NCBI GenBank assembly: GCA_040954595.2
Contig: CM082577.2
Coordinates: 8,953,846-9,017,845, forward strand
Source: Balanoglossus misakiensis
Taxonomy: Eukaryota > Animalia > Hemichordata
DNA: 64,000 nt
Direction: 5' to 3'
The translations under genes were made by a program, and so were the position numbers. Position 1 is the stretch's first letter. Each line of letters starts with the position of its first letter. This document shows positions 1 to 15,000 of this stretch, in pieces. The notes under the pieces were generated by a model. The model saw only the letters and a list, made by a program, of their open reading frames with translations, ran no database searches and was not told where the DNA came from.

Positions 1-3000
1 TGTACTGTCCACAAGACACGTATTATATGGCGACGGCTTTATCTGTAATGTTTTGACCTATGTAGCCCGAACTGTACCAGGACATAGGTTCAAATGGTAG
101 CTAAGTGATCACCAATGCCCTAGTCAACCTTTTTGTTTGAAAAAAAAGTGTATGAGGAAAATTTGCACATCTAAAGTTGAAGACGTTGGGTCTTTGTGGC
201 GTTTTGAGTACCTAATCACGGTGCGGGACACGAACCTTCAAGAAGCAACTTTTCAATGCATTTTAAGAATTCAAGGATCAAACGCAATAAAGATATGCGG
301 CCATTTTCTTTGGACACAGACGATAACCAGGATGTATCCTCGTATCAACTTGCATTGTATATTGTCCTGGGCCCCATCGACATAGCGTAATTAAGTAATC
401 GGTATATCTAAATGAGGGATGCGTTGCTATAAGTTACTAATTAGAATGGGTGGTGCATCTTTAAAAGAATCTAAAGTCCATACATACATCAGTTTTTGTA
501 TAAAGAAACCAGAAAATATCGAAAAAAGAGGTATGAGGAGTAATCGTGGGTAAATATTTGCTCACGCGGACATAACTTAAAGCGTGACATTTATTGAGCA
601 TTTCACTGTAGATGCATCAAGGCCACTCTCGTAGATTCAATAATATACCTCCACCAACTTTCTAGTTTTCCTACGATGGACTCAAGTATATACGTTTGAG
701 TTTCCGAGTCGTAAATTACGTTTAACATGAGTGACTCGTGAATGATTGAGATTGCGGGGCTGATGTCTAAATTCTGTCCAAAAGTAAACTGCACACTAAA
801 TGGGATAAGGCTAATGGGTTCATTATTACTAAACCTCAATTAGCGCTTGTAGAAATCTTCTACATACAGTAAACTTCTAAAATCAGAAAGGTCTTTGCAG
901 TAGATGCAAAGCCGCAGTTATGTATATGTATTACACCGAGGGAAACTTCTCCGCAGACACACAGTATACGTACTGTTTCAGAAAAGTGTTGGCGCCCGTC
1001 GCATAATCCATCACAGAATATACTGAATGCACATGGACACGCAATTCTCCATTGAAGTTTTCTGGAAAGGCTGTATCGATCAGCTGAGGACCGTGCCTGC
1101 GTGGACACGCCGCCCTTCTCTCACGGACTACAGGCAGCAAGCCATGTCATTGATTTATGTCGTTCCCGGGATAAAAACAACAAAACCAGAAATTTTCTGG
1201 GACCCAAAGCGTCGCCAAGTGATATCTGAATGTGGTCGATTCAGATTTGTTTCACCCACTCCAACGAGTGCACGGTATATCCACAGATAAACAGTAATCA
1301 CGTACGAGGTTTACTGCATTGCTTCACACGTCGCTGATTTCTTTTAGTAAAAACACAACCTCTGTCACACGTCAGCATTTCGAAAAAGTGTTTTTCAGGT
1401 TGAAGTTTACTTTCCTGATCGGTTTATTAATCTTATGAAACCATACCACTTTTATATAGCATCGAGTTATACTAATCATCAGAATGCAAAACCGTCGGCG
1501 TATTTCGCGGAATTTAATGCACCGGTACTGATAAATTTATACGGAAAATGAGAACGGACTTTATCAGTTCTGGAGTGAGCTAGCAGATTAAATTTGCACG
1601 TCCGCAATTCAGTATAAGAATGGGATGCAGCAACTTTAAGGCACAGTCTTCGCGTTCTCAAACGATAGAAAGAGACATAATATTCTGATATGAATTCCTT
1701 TTTAATTAGTTCTTAAGGTACTATATGCCCTTTGGGGGACAAATTGTCACAAAAATTCATGGTCCTCCAACTCTTTCAATTGTTTGCTACATGTTTAAGA
1801 CTTTGATTTTCGAGGTACACACTCCCTTAAACGGTGTCACTTTAATAGTCGCGGTGACGATTAACTCCAGAGAAGACCGTTTGGTGAATCCATACCACAT
1901 ATTCCATAACACCAGGCTACATGGTTACCAAAACACAGCAATTTTTTATCACTTTGTCCATCAATGTTTTGTTGTCCCAACCCCACAGCCAATCCATCGT
2001 CTCCAGGCCCAGTCAAGCCCCTATGCATGCACCCACCTGTCAAATTCAGAACGATCCCATCCTAGTTTGTATTTCTCCTTGTCTGCGTTCGAACTTTAAA
2101 AGACATTTTTTTGCTTTTGAGATTTAAACCGCGAACACGAGACGGTGGCGTATCGCCTCCATGAAACACCACCATAAACCGTCATCCCAAATTCATCACT
2201 TAAGTTGCTCACAAACCAAATTTTCCATATGCAAGCTAATGTTTCCGATCGATTTTCCGCGCGGGATTCTGTCAACAGTGCGACGACTTGTTTAATACGG
2301 CGGCGCCAGACTGGAGGCGACGGAAAAAAGACGTCTGTCGTTTTGTGAAAATGTCATCGGTAGGTTTTTAGGTCCGTTTCGCGATTGCTTTTGTCCACCA
2401 AGTCCCAAGTACATCACCATTAACCGGACGAAGTTCAATTTTCAGTTAACGTTGAAGCACATTGTACTCCCATAATGTGCAAGGTGTGCCTTTGTCCATT
2501 ATGGGTCATGATGTGTAAATTTATCATTGAATCGCTTTAATTCTCGATCTGTACAACTAGAGAGAGAGTTTACGCTAATGAGGACTCGTTGTTTGCTCTA
2601 ACAACCATTTTGACAACATCAAATGATGATCTTACTTATTTAGTTATTCGTAGACTTGGTTTTCGTTTGCGTGCACCTTCACACATCCTTACCAAAGGCA
2701 AGGCCAACCGAAAACACGCACACACCTGATGATGCGATTTGACTTACAGATTTTAAAAAGCTCACGCACTGATGGACTTCTCTCAATACCCTTGCATTTT
2801 CAAAGGATCGCTGCCCAAATCCATCATGCAGAATCAACAACAGCCTGACAGTCGCTTTATAAATCAAGTGCAATGAACGAGAAAATGAGGTTGGAAGCAA
2901 TCAATCACGCCGTGCTTCAAGTGGAATCAAAGTAACAAATTTCCGACATTTGATCTTCATATCCAGATGATCTTGGACTCATTAAATTATCGCGGAATTT

Positions 3001-6000
3001 CCGATCGATTTTAAATTAAGCAAAAGTCAAATACACTCAGGCGGAACAAAGGAGCAAGCAAAAGTATTACTAGTATGCTGTCCATGACAACGCCGCGTTT
3101 AAAGATGGCGAATCCAGGTGCATCTTGGGAACACAAGTACAAATGTACGCCAAGCACAACACTATAAATTTTTGTATCCGATAGCGCCGCGAGGTGCGGC
3201 TTGGAATAGTGATTATTCCATAGTTAGAAAGCTTGGTCCTTCTACCTCGCCTTAACTAGTTTCAAACTGTTACATGACGTCAAGAAACAAAACACAAATC
3301 CACGAAAAGATGCACGAAAAAAGTTCATTCACTGTCGCGAACCATCATCCATCGACCTATGTTCATAATCCCAGCGCCCATCTGCTTTGTACTGAGAGCA
3401 AGAAATCCATCATGAATGCGTGTCACGTACTCTAGATATAGCTAGAGGGAAAGCGATCCTCTTAAACGTATAAATCTTTCATTAATATGGTTTTGAAAGC
3501 TACTCATCTCGGGCGATGAGACGCACTTACAAGAGGCATTTAGAACTGAACGAGCTTCTCTAACAAAATATCGTTTAGCCTCTCCACAGTGTCAGAGACT
3601 CAATTTCACTCGATATACAACATACAATATTATAATAACGGCTGGCGACAATGCGCCGTTGAGGAAAACGGGGATCGCAGTACGATGGCTCTCTCTTTCT
3701 TGAATATTAAAGCCTTAGGATCTGGCGGTTGTAACTGTTTAACACATGAGGCATATGACTAAGGCGAGTCAATAAACAATTTCTTGTTCAACTCCTGCCC
3801 ACTGTATGATGATTACACCAATCACTGTTACCATTGAAAATAAGTCAGGACTTCGAAACAGTAACAATAATCACGATTGCAACTATACTGACTGTGCTGA
3901 TAAGCAGAATATATAATTGTAGGTGCTATTGTGAGGACAGCCGTTGTCTCTTTAAACAAAAAGAGTTATTTTCGGAGTGACAGGGACTCTCTCCAGGACT
4001 TCATTAACTGCGGCACCTGTTGGTGTTTGCACAGGTTTTTGCTGAGACAACCGTAACTGATGCGCAGAACACAACAGATGGCATGCAATTCATGTGGATA
4101 TTAAATGTGGAAATCGGTCCAACAGATCACTTCCCCTGTCGGTCCACAATTCAACTTCAACCGGTTGGAGATAACGAGTACCGAAGCGGTAGCAGGCACG
4201 CGCAGCGCTGTTGCAGTGAGCAAACACTCCCCCTACTTTCATCATTATTATTTTGAAAGTGATTGGGTGTTTGCAAAAGGGCAAATATAATACAAGGCAG
4301 GGGTTCTTCATCCCATTAATTGCCATAATGCTTTGCACGTAACCGACAATTCAATATTTGAGCTTTAACGATTATCAGAGGCTAATGGTAAATCTGTATT
4401 AATAATCGATCTGGTCTGCAGTGGCTATTATCTGCGTACGTGGTTGCTTTGTCAGAAATAGTCTCAGTGTTTTGAGATAAACCGGCGTTTGCACTCATTT
4501 TGAACCATAAGAAAGGTTTAAAATATGAATGAAATTCGGAAAGCATCGTTACGCCGTCCATTATTTGTCGTATTATACGTCCGAGTCTATTTGTTTATTT
4601 GTATGTTCAATCGAGCGTATTCAATTAGATGGCACTTGGACGATACACAAATTTTACAGTCCTGACATGAGCAGAATGAAAAGTTGACTTTCAACAGTTT
4701 CTAGTAGACAGCTGATAAAAGCTGACAAAGGTTCTGTGTTTACTTTTCGAATGGTCAGAGTGGGTTGACGGCCGGCTATGCACACTGACCAGACGACACG
4801 ACCACGTACGGAGGTTTCCTCTGCAGTTCTATAGCGAGGAAAATATTTCCACCGCGGGAAAAGATTACTGGAACGCATGTTTAACAATGTGTTCTACAAG
4901 CTCGACTTGTCAGAGGTGTTGACAGAATCATAACTGAAGGACTTCGCCTGCGATAATAGCGTTGACATTGTCGTTTCCCCTACAGGCTTCCCGGTGACGG
5001 TATAGTTTGCTCACGACAAGACGGACTGTAAACGGTTGGAGCGCTCTGTTTCTTCGAAGACAAATGCGCGAACGAATTTGACAAACCTCAAACAGTCACT
5101 CGATTCGAAATATTGTTGATGTTTGACATGTTACTTTGTGCTTGTAACGCAATGTACACAGTATAATTCTAGCCTATCTTTTGGTATTGCCTTGGAGTAC
5201 TTAGGATGTTATAAAAATGAGTATCGTGCAAATATATTATTAAATCCTGTCCACAAGGTACATGTATCTTACCCTAACATCAGAAACTGGTATTTGTCAA
5301 AGCATTCGGGTTGAAATTGAGCAGAGTTTTATTTTATTAAAATTGATATTTGTTTTGCCATGTGCGGGGATAATACACAACACCGCATGTATGCCCACTA
5401 AAACTGGCTAACGTTCAAAGCAAATTGTGCGGAAACAGGTTTCGCCTGGCGATTAAGAGTCATCGAAAAAGATTCACGTTCAGAAACGTGAAAACGGTAA
5501 CCATATTGGCTATCAAACAAAGCTGTTCAAATCACATGCTTTGTATCACTGCCAAAGCTGCATTTAGCGTTTAGCTTCAAACTCAACTGCGTGCGAAGCT
5601 TGGTCACTCCTGCATGCATGCACTTTTGCGGGTGGTGATAACACCAGCATAGAGTGTAATATGTTTACATAGAAATAGCCTGGGTCAGTCAGTCGCACAG
5701 GTGGCGCACTGACTGTGTGGACATCACGCGCCGCCATTGAGACTCTACTCACATCAACAAGTCTCTGAAAATCGCTAAAAATTGGGGAAAGGGGTGTTCA
5801 GACGACCAAATGACACACTGTGGGTGAAGTTGGTTGCTTGGATATCGGTCGTGTACTCGCTACCAGGCACCACGCTGTGCAAATTCGCCATCTTGCCCGG
5901 TTTAATATTTCAACCACGCCGGTGCATGCATAAACTGTGCACTTCGTACTGGTAATGCAAAACCATCACGGTCACTGAATCACAGTTAAATTTGTGACCA

Positions 6001-9000
6001 TACTTTAAAAAGCCTAAGCATAAAAATAGCCATGGTGGTTAATTGTAAGTATTGGTCTGTCCATATCAATTAGCAGCAGAATTGGAGTTTGTTTTAGTTG
6101 GTGGCTTCCTGAGAGGCCGATTTATCCAAAAAACAAACCTTGTAATTTATGGGCTCCTAACTGGGTGCGGTCACAGTCTGAGCACTGAATTACGTACGCC
6201 CACGGTTGCAATCTCATTCTGTCTGTTGTGCTAGGCTGTATTTCATTGCTGATGACCAAAACTGTTTTCTTCTCTTATAGAAGGTACACGACTTCAAGTG
6301 GTGACTGAGTCAACACAAAATTTGCATATCGTGCACCTGGTTTTCAGAGCAGGAAGTTTGGCTTCATTTAATAGCTCCGGGAACCCAAGATCCTGTAAAT
6401 GTGATAAATGTGTGCGCTTGTCCCTGTCTGTCCCCAGTGGTCATATTTTCAATGGGCCCCCTACATGGGATTTTATAGTTCTTACTTCGGCTTTATACCA
6501 ACACACGGCTCAAATAATATGGGAGTATTGGTATAGTAATATAAACAGATACACCTAGATGTCGGAATCGCCATTTCTGTAGTCTCGTTTGAACTTGGCA
6601 GTACACCCGGAGTAGTACCGCAGTACTGTCTCCCATAAAACCAACGCCGTGACAACAATCCTGAATGGATCAAACAACAAAAGACTTAATAAATGTAAGC
6701 AGATCAAGTTGATATAAAATCTGTGTCAAGTGCCATATACGTTTCGACGAATTCTGCTATAAACGGAACTTGACACGATCAGTTGACAATGATGTAGCCA
6801 TGACATTTGTCCCATATACATGTAGTTTTAATGTCATGGATTTCGTGAGAGATGTTCCATAGTAAAGCTACTTACAACATTTTAGTGGATTCCCTGGCCT
6901 CATTCATTTCGTTAAAATACAAATTTGAATTAAGAAAGGACAGCTGTGGGTTATACAAATGTGTCGGGAAAAGACGATGTCGTCAAGTTCAATGTCAACA
7001 GGCGCATGTGACCTCATCTCTGGGAATATTCCCTTAACCACTTCTCATCCGAGTGTCTGAACATTAACCCTTTCTACGCCATATTCATCTTGTCGTCATC
7101 TTTAAAAAACCTTCAATTTTTTTTTTCATTTTTTCCCTTAAATTTGATTTAGACCTGAAGACAATGGAAAATTATGTCCACTTGGTCTAAAATTAAGGAG
7201 GAAATAGTGAAAAAATGGGTAAAATGTTAAAATGTTGCACCTCATTTTGACGGAGAAAATGTGGCATTCAAACGATAACTGGATTAAAACCATAAAGCTG
7301 ATCATCAATTGGAGTTTGCCTCCCTGTCAGAACCGGCGGGCGAACAGAGACGCTGTTGCGTCAACACACCCATCTAGACGCCGAAACGAATTTCACCGAC
7401 AAGAAAATTCACTTAAGATAATTGGGGGTTATGTTTTTCCAGATAATGGCACAGAACAGACGACGGTATAAATCAAAATGTGCCCACTTCTGTGTTTATG
7501 TAACCGCTTCGAGTTCCATATTTTCCCTGCTACCCAGTTGGAGTTGGCGAATGCTTTACCATGGAGAGCGTGCCATGCACAAGCAGAGTTTATGGTCTTT
7601 TAATTGTAAATTACACGAAGTTTCAAGGGCTTGACGAGGGATTTCGAAGCCACTTAATAACCGGTTTTCTAACCTTCGAATTTTTGATTCTCTACACTGT
7701 TGTCGGAAAGCCACTTCGAGCAAATTCGCCGCGTCTACAGACTTCACCGGTGCTCCGTCGTATATCGCGTCAATTCGGCCACTTGTCTGTCGGAAGAGCA
7801 TCATTCTTCAGACCGGCATATAAAGCCGCTGACAGACCGACGGTCCAGCGTAACAAGGAGCGGGGTGAAGAATTCGATTGCAGACGCATAGCTTATACTG
7901 AGCAAACAGTTGGGTACAAACACTGAAGGGTGACGAAAGGCTTCAATGTCATTTTGATGAATTGTGTCAACCGCTGACATATAAATTGTGATTTTAGCGC
8001 CGGCAACTCGCCCGGGCACGGCACGCTTAGCCCCCCGAAAGGAGAGAGACTTCTGCTCGCCCAGTCAATCATAATCCATTCACAACAAGTCTGACGCGAA
8101 ATCCGGCGGGGCAATCCAGAGATGAACCCGCGCCACCGAACAACGGTCAGGGTTGACGTTTATATGACACACACGGGTGTTTTACACACCAGAACAGTGC
8201 GAATATATAATGCGATGATAAGAAACCGTTTTGGTTTATTGCTATCTCAAATCCCTATACTATAGTATACACCGTTCCACATTTAACGTTTGGGTTCAGT
8301 GTTTTCAAGTCTATAGAAAGCACGGTTTAAGGGGTTATTTGGGGGAAAACTGAACGGCCTGTTCTGTTGGGAACGTCATCAGCTCTCAGCTGCTGCCGTG
8401 TACATTATCTTTATATATAAACACACACAGCTAAAGACGGTAAATTAAACATTACAGTTTCAGATCAGGTACGGCGATACAGTAAGGCCAAGGACAAACT
8501 GGGATACGGGTGTTGTTGCCCACAATACGTCAGAGATCCTGGTGGTTGAAAGAGTTATCCCCGTTCACTGATAAAAGAGTTGAATTCAAAATGGCCAGGG
8601 GAAAAATGGTCGTAAATTCAGTCGATGGGCTGGGTGTTGATATTCTAAAGCTAGCAGTGGTCGCGATCGTTACACTGGGATAAACCCACGGGTAAACATA
8701 CACGCCATGCGGCTACTGCTGTGTGTGAACTGTTGACGGGACTGGAGTTGTCGTACGCTGGCAAACAAAGGACGCGTTAAACAGTAAACGTGGTGCACTC
8801 GATCGTTTTCACTGTCAGAATCAAGCCCTCGCCACCCCTCCCCCAGCTAGCAGGTAATCACGTTTACCTTTTCATCGCTTTCACATCCTACCCTTGAAAC
8901 GGAGCTCGTGTGCTGGTCTCCGAACACACGCTGGTGTCGTTCAGTGCATGTCTAGAAGTGGGGCATGTTTTGCGAGCAATACTAGAATACACCGCGTGAT

Positions 9001-11995
9001 AAACAGGCACCTGCCGATGACGGAAGCGACCCAACACTCTGGACTCTCGACACCCATTCATGAACTAAATACAGCGTAAGCAAGTAGAGAAAATAAAAAA
9101 ATATAATAATGGTGACTGGCTTACCTACTAAAACGATACGGGGGCTCAGTCGTCTGTTTGTGTAGTCAATGTCCCCACGACACTCTTGGTGTATTTACAA
9201 CCGCGCAGGATCAACCGTGTCCGACAGAAAAAACACGATGGCCTCTGATAGCAGATATCTGAATTTGGGACGAGCAAATTTTCACCGGCGATAGGGGAAT
9301 AATTACCTTTCAGTTTACTGTAGATTATGATAATCACTGTTATGGGCGGTGGGGTTGATATTGTCCGGTGTGTGGAAATTGATGAAGTCACGAACGGGGT
9401 TTGTGATTGGCCAATATTGGACATAAAAAATAGGGCCAACCACTTCACCCTACAAAAATGCTCAGCAGCCACACAAACGTGACCTCTTGTTTATATTTAT
9501 CTCGACGAAGCGTTTTTGATATGGCTGAAACTGTTTACGGATTTTCGTTTATATATAAGGTACCAATTTCAATCGGGAAGAGGTCGCAGTCACTGACGGG
9601 GCAAATTAAAACTAAAGGCTGGTATGAGGGTCTTATTATTGGTGGACAAGACTAAGAAGTCTACGTATGACCTGCTTAATTTCAGTACCAATTTAGCGGA
9701 GACAAACGTGAAGATGGCCAACGTGTTTTGATGAAATCATTTCACGCCCTCTCCTCGGCCGGGGCGTCACGGTCGTACGCACGCCATTAGCTGCCACGTA
9801 CTATTATCGGATGCACACGAACGCTCAATGATGAGGGCGTGGAACTCTTCCATCAGGACACGTTGCCATCTTCATGGATTTATTTGGTCCCTGGTTGTTT
9901 GGTACGCACAGAATGTGGAAGGGAATTCTTAGCATGTTCGTTGTCTTCACAGACTCGACCACCTGTTGCTCTCAATGAGTACACGGATGTGTGTCAGGTT
10001 GACCTGTACTCGCAAAGCTGTTTGTTACAACTTGATGTCACTGTTAGTTTATTACATAGACAGTAGATGTCTATGGTTTATACAATGTACAACTGAAACA
10101 TATTTCCCTTACAACTTCATCACATATGCCTGAGATTGAACTGTAAGAAACACAATCAAGGCGTGTATATGAAAGCACCAATGTTTTCTAACATAAAAAG
10201 TCAGGGAGGTCCCAAGAAGCACTTTTCCTGTCTGTGAACGACAAGGAACAGTCGGTAATAATAATCGTGATGGCGTGCGGTCCGTTTTGGTGTAATTGTA
10301 TGGAATTGCATTCATTTCGTCAGACTTCTGCTGATGATTTTCTCCGAACCAACCACGTCCGTTAAACATAAATTTTGTGGCGATTGTCCTGGCCGTTCAT
10401 TTAAGGCCAGCCTAGCCAAAGATCAAACACAACAAATTCAGTTGACACTTGAGGCCACGGGTATGGATACCATTAAGATCACCGGTTTATCAGAAGAATG
10501 TGTATAAATCGATAATCGCTCTAGCAGGAGTTCACGCCATGACATTCCTGATCGCCCCTGTGTTTTCTGTGCAAAGAACATGCGAAGCGAACTTCTCACT
10601 GAAGTTTTTGCAGGCCCTTAAGTGGCCCTTCAAGTTCAACGGGCGCCAACGATCGACCCCATTTAAGCCTTTTACCGCTTCCTAGCTGTCAGGAGAGTGC
10701 CAAATGCGGTCATTGAGTATTATAAATTACGCTATATAATAATGTTATGCGATAAACCGGCCTCCGCTTTAGATCTGCACCCGAGCGATAAACCCTGCCC
10801 CGGCCTCTCGGGGAGGACATCGCTCGCCGGGCCAAGCAGTAGCCTTTTACACGCATTGCAGGTGAGATCAGACCACATCATTATGATGAGTGGAACCGGT
10901 CACCCCAAACAACTCCGCTGGACTCCACGCCACGTAGATTTGTTGACTCATTAGCACCTCTTGGTGACAATTCGGTATAAGACTCGAGTGCTGACAGCTT
11001 ACTCTGCCCTCCACCACTCGCTTCTAATGTAAACACACACACACACACAAACAAAGCCCTTGCAGCTTCAGCGCATTTCAGAGATTATCCCAAACATCAA
11101 CGCCCCTGCTTTTCATTTGTATACACTTGAGGAAAAGAAACGTACAAATGTTTAAGAGAAATTTAACCAACTCGTCCAAACTACAGTGTGGCGACGCCCT
11201 GCTCACGAGTGATCTTGCCACTGATTAAAATGCCTGGCTCGAAAGGTACATGTACAAATGTAACTGATAGGTGCTTATCCAGTTGTTAGATGGACTAATG
11301 GACTAAAGATAAGATTATTCTAACGATTCGGGATGGCCGGGTAACACAAAATATGAAATTGAAAACAGAATTTGTCGAATGTGAAATAATTGTGCAATTG
11401 TACATTTTGTTTAAATTTCTCGGATGGTGGTTAGATGCGGTGCACTTTACGATAGGGTGACAAATAAATCACAGAGCGCAAGAACATTCATCAGGCATTT
11501 TGTGTTCTTCGCAAAAAAACCCCAACAAAAACACTTGACGGGAGTTTTGGTGACCAGAAGTAAAGTACTCAATTAATGTTATTGAATCGATGCAGCGAGG
11601 TGGCCCACCTATAGGTAAACAGCAAAGTATGGCCTCTGAACACTTGTCCATAGACGTTGATGGACAGCATTTTCTCAGAGCAGACAAAACCGTGTACTTT
11701 ATCATGGGTCATAAAACATAGTAGGCTCCGTATATCCGTATACTAAAATCACACGGTGATGATGATTTGTTTTTCTTAGTTAGTTTTTTTTGTTTCTGCA
11801 TTTAATGGATGTAGTATGATTCAGTTAACTCAGGATTTACGCGGGAATGTCGAAGTTCCCACGTGCCACTGACTTTCACCAATGTCGTCTGCCGCTTCCG
11901 AAACCACTGAAAGCCACATTTTCGTCGGCATTTTGTTGTGAGAATTTTGTTTCTAAATCTGCATCTCTATATTTTCTATATAAAAGCCAACATCT

Positions 11996-12028
11996 ACAAC
12001 AGCAACAACAACAACAACAACAACAACA
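11996..12028. repeat. (CAA/CAG)n microsatellite
   Basis: Directly visible. Confidence 0.85.
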
Positions 12029-15000
12029 TATTACTGCCCAAGCCTCGAATTAGTGTTGGAAAGTTCAAGCCAAAATATAGGTCGCGTGAAATGCACACTC
12101 TTGAAAAGTGACAGGCATATGTTGACTCTCTGACGCAGTTGTCTACCCTGGAACCAATTGGAAAATAATACGCATGTTTCCAATGATATGCGTTCAATCA
12201 CTCTGCAAACTTTGTTCCCAGCCTGAGTGCTCAACCCAACTTTGTTCCCAGGTTTTTTTCTGGCAGCAATATCGGCGCGGCAGATAGCCACAGACAATTT
12301 GAAGAGCGAGCGACTACAGCGCCGTACGTAACAAAACGAGCGACACGTAAAAGTGAAACTGAATCTAATTTTGAACTCGTCGTTCACCCTTTTGACGATG
12401 ATGCTATTTGTGGTACTTTAACTGCAAACCAACGAATTAACAGTTAACCACGATCTGCTTGTAACGCTTCACCTGATAGGCCAAACTGTTCGATAGACGT
12501 CAGACTTTGGCATATACTTGAAATGTATAGACACGTAAACAATTTCCAAATACAATGCTACGCTCACTCCTCAAATGGGAATGGCTTTATAAGTTGATAT
12601 GAAGGGCCAATTGCATTTTTCTAATTAATAACGCATTTTCAACTTCGTGCAGTTTAGGACCAGATATAAACCGAGTCTGACTTTCTGTCCCAATCTGAAA
12701 ATGTCCCTATCTGTATTAAATCTCCAGAGATGCATTTCCACTAAACTTTTAAAGCAATATAATGTATTAGTCTGACCCAAAGAGGTTCGGAACTTAGAAA
12801 CGAGCCAAAATATCGATGAGAACAGTGTGTTTTTTGACCAAAGGTGATTATAGGTTATTGTATTTAGGTTATTAAGAGCTTACAACAGGTGTAATTTGCC
12901 CCATTAATAATACTGATATTCATTGAATAATTACAAATCGATCGAACTGTACAATCAAATTATCTACTTGATGGCAGGGTTAGGGGATTACATTGGGTGT
13001 AAATCATGCGTCGTGCTCGACACGTCCTCAGTACTTGTAGATGACCTGAAATTTCAAAAAACCGCTACAGAATTTTTTTTCCTGTGCTAGTACTAGACTC
13101 ATACTAATTTAGTGTCATTGAGTGCACGGAGTACGCATCTGCCATTTTTTTCTGTTCGCGTGCTGTGTATTGACGGCCTTTTGCCTTCGGCCGCTTTCAA
13201 ACGTCTTCAACGCAATCTCGTGGAAGCGCCCTCCTGGTCCGCAAACACATTTTGACAATGGACAACAGTCCGAACTGATGCTTTCAGAGGAATATACGTA
13301 ACGCGTGTTAGATGTGCAACGTGGTGGGTGGGGGATGCGGCAAAGGTGGTAAAAATAAAGAGCAGCAAGAAAGCTATATTGCAAGCTGTAAGGACCCAGT
13401 GGGGGTATTCTTCTAGACTTTCGAGAGAGTGCTCTTATTGTGGAGTTCCTGTGCCCACGTCGCCACTTCGACTGAAATCGACCTGGTTTAGGTATTTCGT
13501 GTTGGGTATTCTACTCGAGCTTGTCGGACCTGTACACTAACGAACTGTTCTCCGTAACTGTTGAAAGACATACATGTATAGCGGGGAAAAATCACAGTAC
13601 TCACGGAGATTCCGGCACTTTCTTGATAAGTCCACGGGAACACAACAAATATAGGCTGCAGTCACAACTCGGGTTTACAGTTCACGGCCGGGTACCATAC
13701 GCGTAGATAAATTGAGAACACAGTCGGAGTCAACTCTTCGTTCGACACATGGCGTGCTAACGCAGTACAAAATAGCAACGAAGTGATGACGTGGCAACAC
13801 GCGACTTTTCTTCGCCAAAAATGAATAATTTATAAACACCTGGTCACGAAGTCAGTGAGTTAAACAAAAGGTTCACCTGGTCACGAAAAAAGTAACCACT
13901 ACAGTAACAGTACTGTGACAACACTGGCCAATACTATTCATGTTTAGTCTCGGTCATTGATGGATCAACTTCTCCGGGTTGTAAGGTGATTGTGAATGTT
14001 GTTCAATAAAGTTGCTCATCTCAATTTTGGCTTTCATCATCGAACTCACTAGTCCACTAGAAGAGTGACATAACTTTAAAGGGTAGTAAATGTAATAAAT
14101 TGAATACCTGTCTATACAGGACTTGCCTGTGTTGTAATTAACTAAATAAAATTTGCCTATCTATCAGATGCGCGGGGATTTGAAAAGTGGGTATAAATTG
14201 GATGATAATTCTGCTTGATATGTTTGACAAAAATATGGAGGCTACCCTTGAACAATGTTTATTCTTGACTTAACGTTGCAATTATATTATGCTGCATTCC
14301 AACAGCGCGCTTTGCCAGTAGCACCATGGAAACGGTTTGTGCCTTGCTGAACCAGGGTCTCCAACGAATGTCAAGACAAGACAATGAACTTAGATGCCAT
14401 GGGGCTATAGCTTGGTTAGCTTGTAGTACCCCAACCTATAAAGTTTGCACACTGCCTCCCGCTCAAAAGCAACATGGTGGCATGTGACCGTGTTGAAAAC
14501 AAAAAATGGGCTGGCATCGATCGTACATCCTATGTCATTGCGGGTCGGTGCAAAAGTTATGGAGAATGCTCGGGTTTCTACAGTGCAGTGGTGGTGTGAA
14601 CGCCCATCGAAACTAAAAGCGATATTTTAAATCACGCAAAAGCACTAGACGCGAGTGTTATTGTTGTTTGCGAGCGATCCCATGTCTTGAGTCTCAATCC
14701 GCGTCTTTTCAATCCATGAAATCACACCCCTCTGTTGTCACATGGCAGAAGATATCGCGGGGTGACTGTTTACTTGAATCCTATATACACGCTGATTTAC
14801 AGCGTAATACCAGAAAATCTAAGTTTGCCCCAACGGTTGTTCCGAAAGGCCGGGGTGTAACGTAGGAACTGCACGTATACTGTGGCGTGTAGATGTAAAC
14901 TTCAACAAAGGAACAGTGGGCTGCCTGTCTTCGAGCAGATAACTGTCAGGGTGGGGACCGATGAAATATTGTATTGCTCAATTAAAAATCGCTCTGAGCA

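Noticed and set aside
11847-12053. Poly-Gln ORF
   Set aside because: A (CAA)n microsatellite with no supporting coding context.
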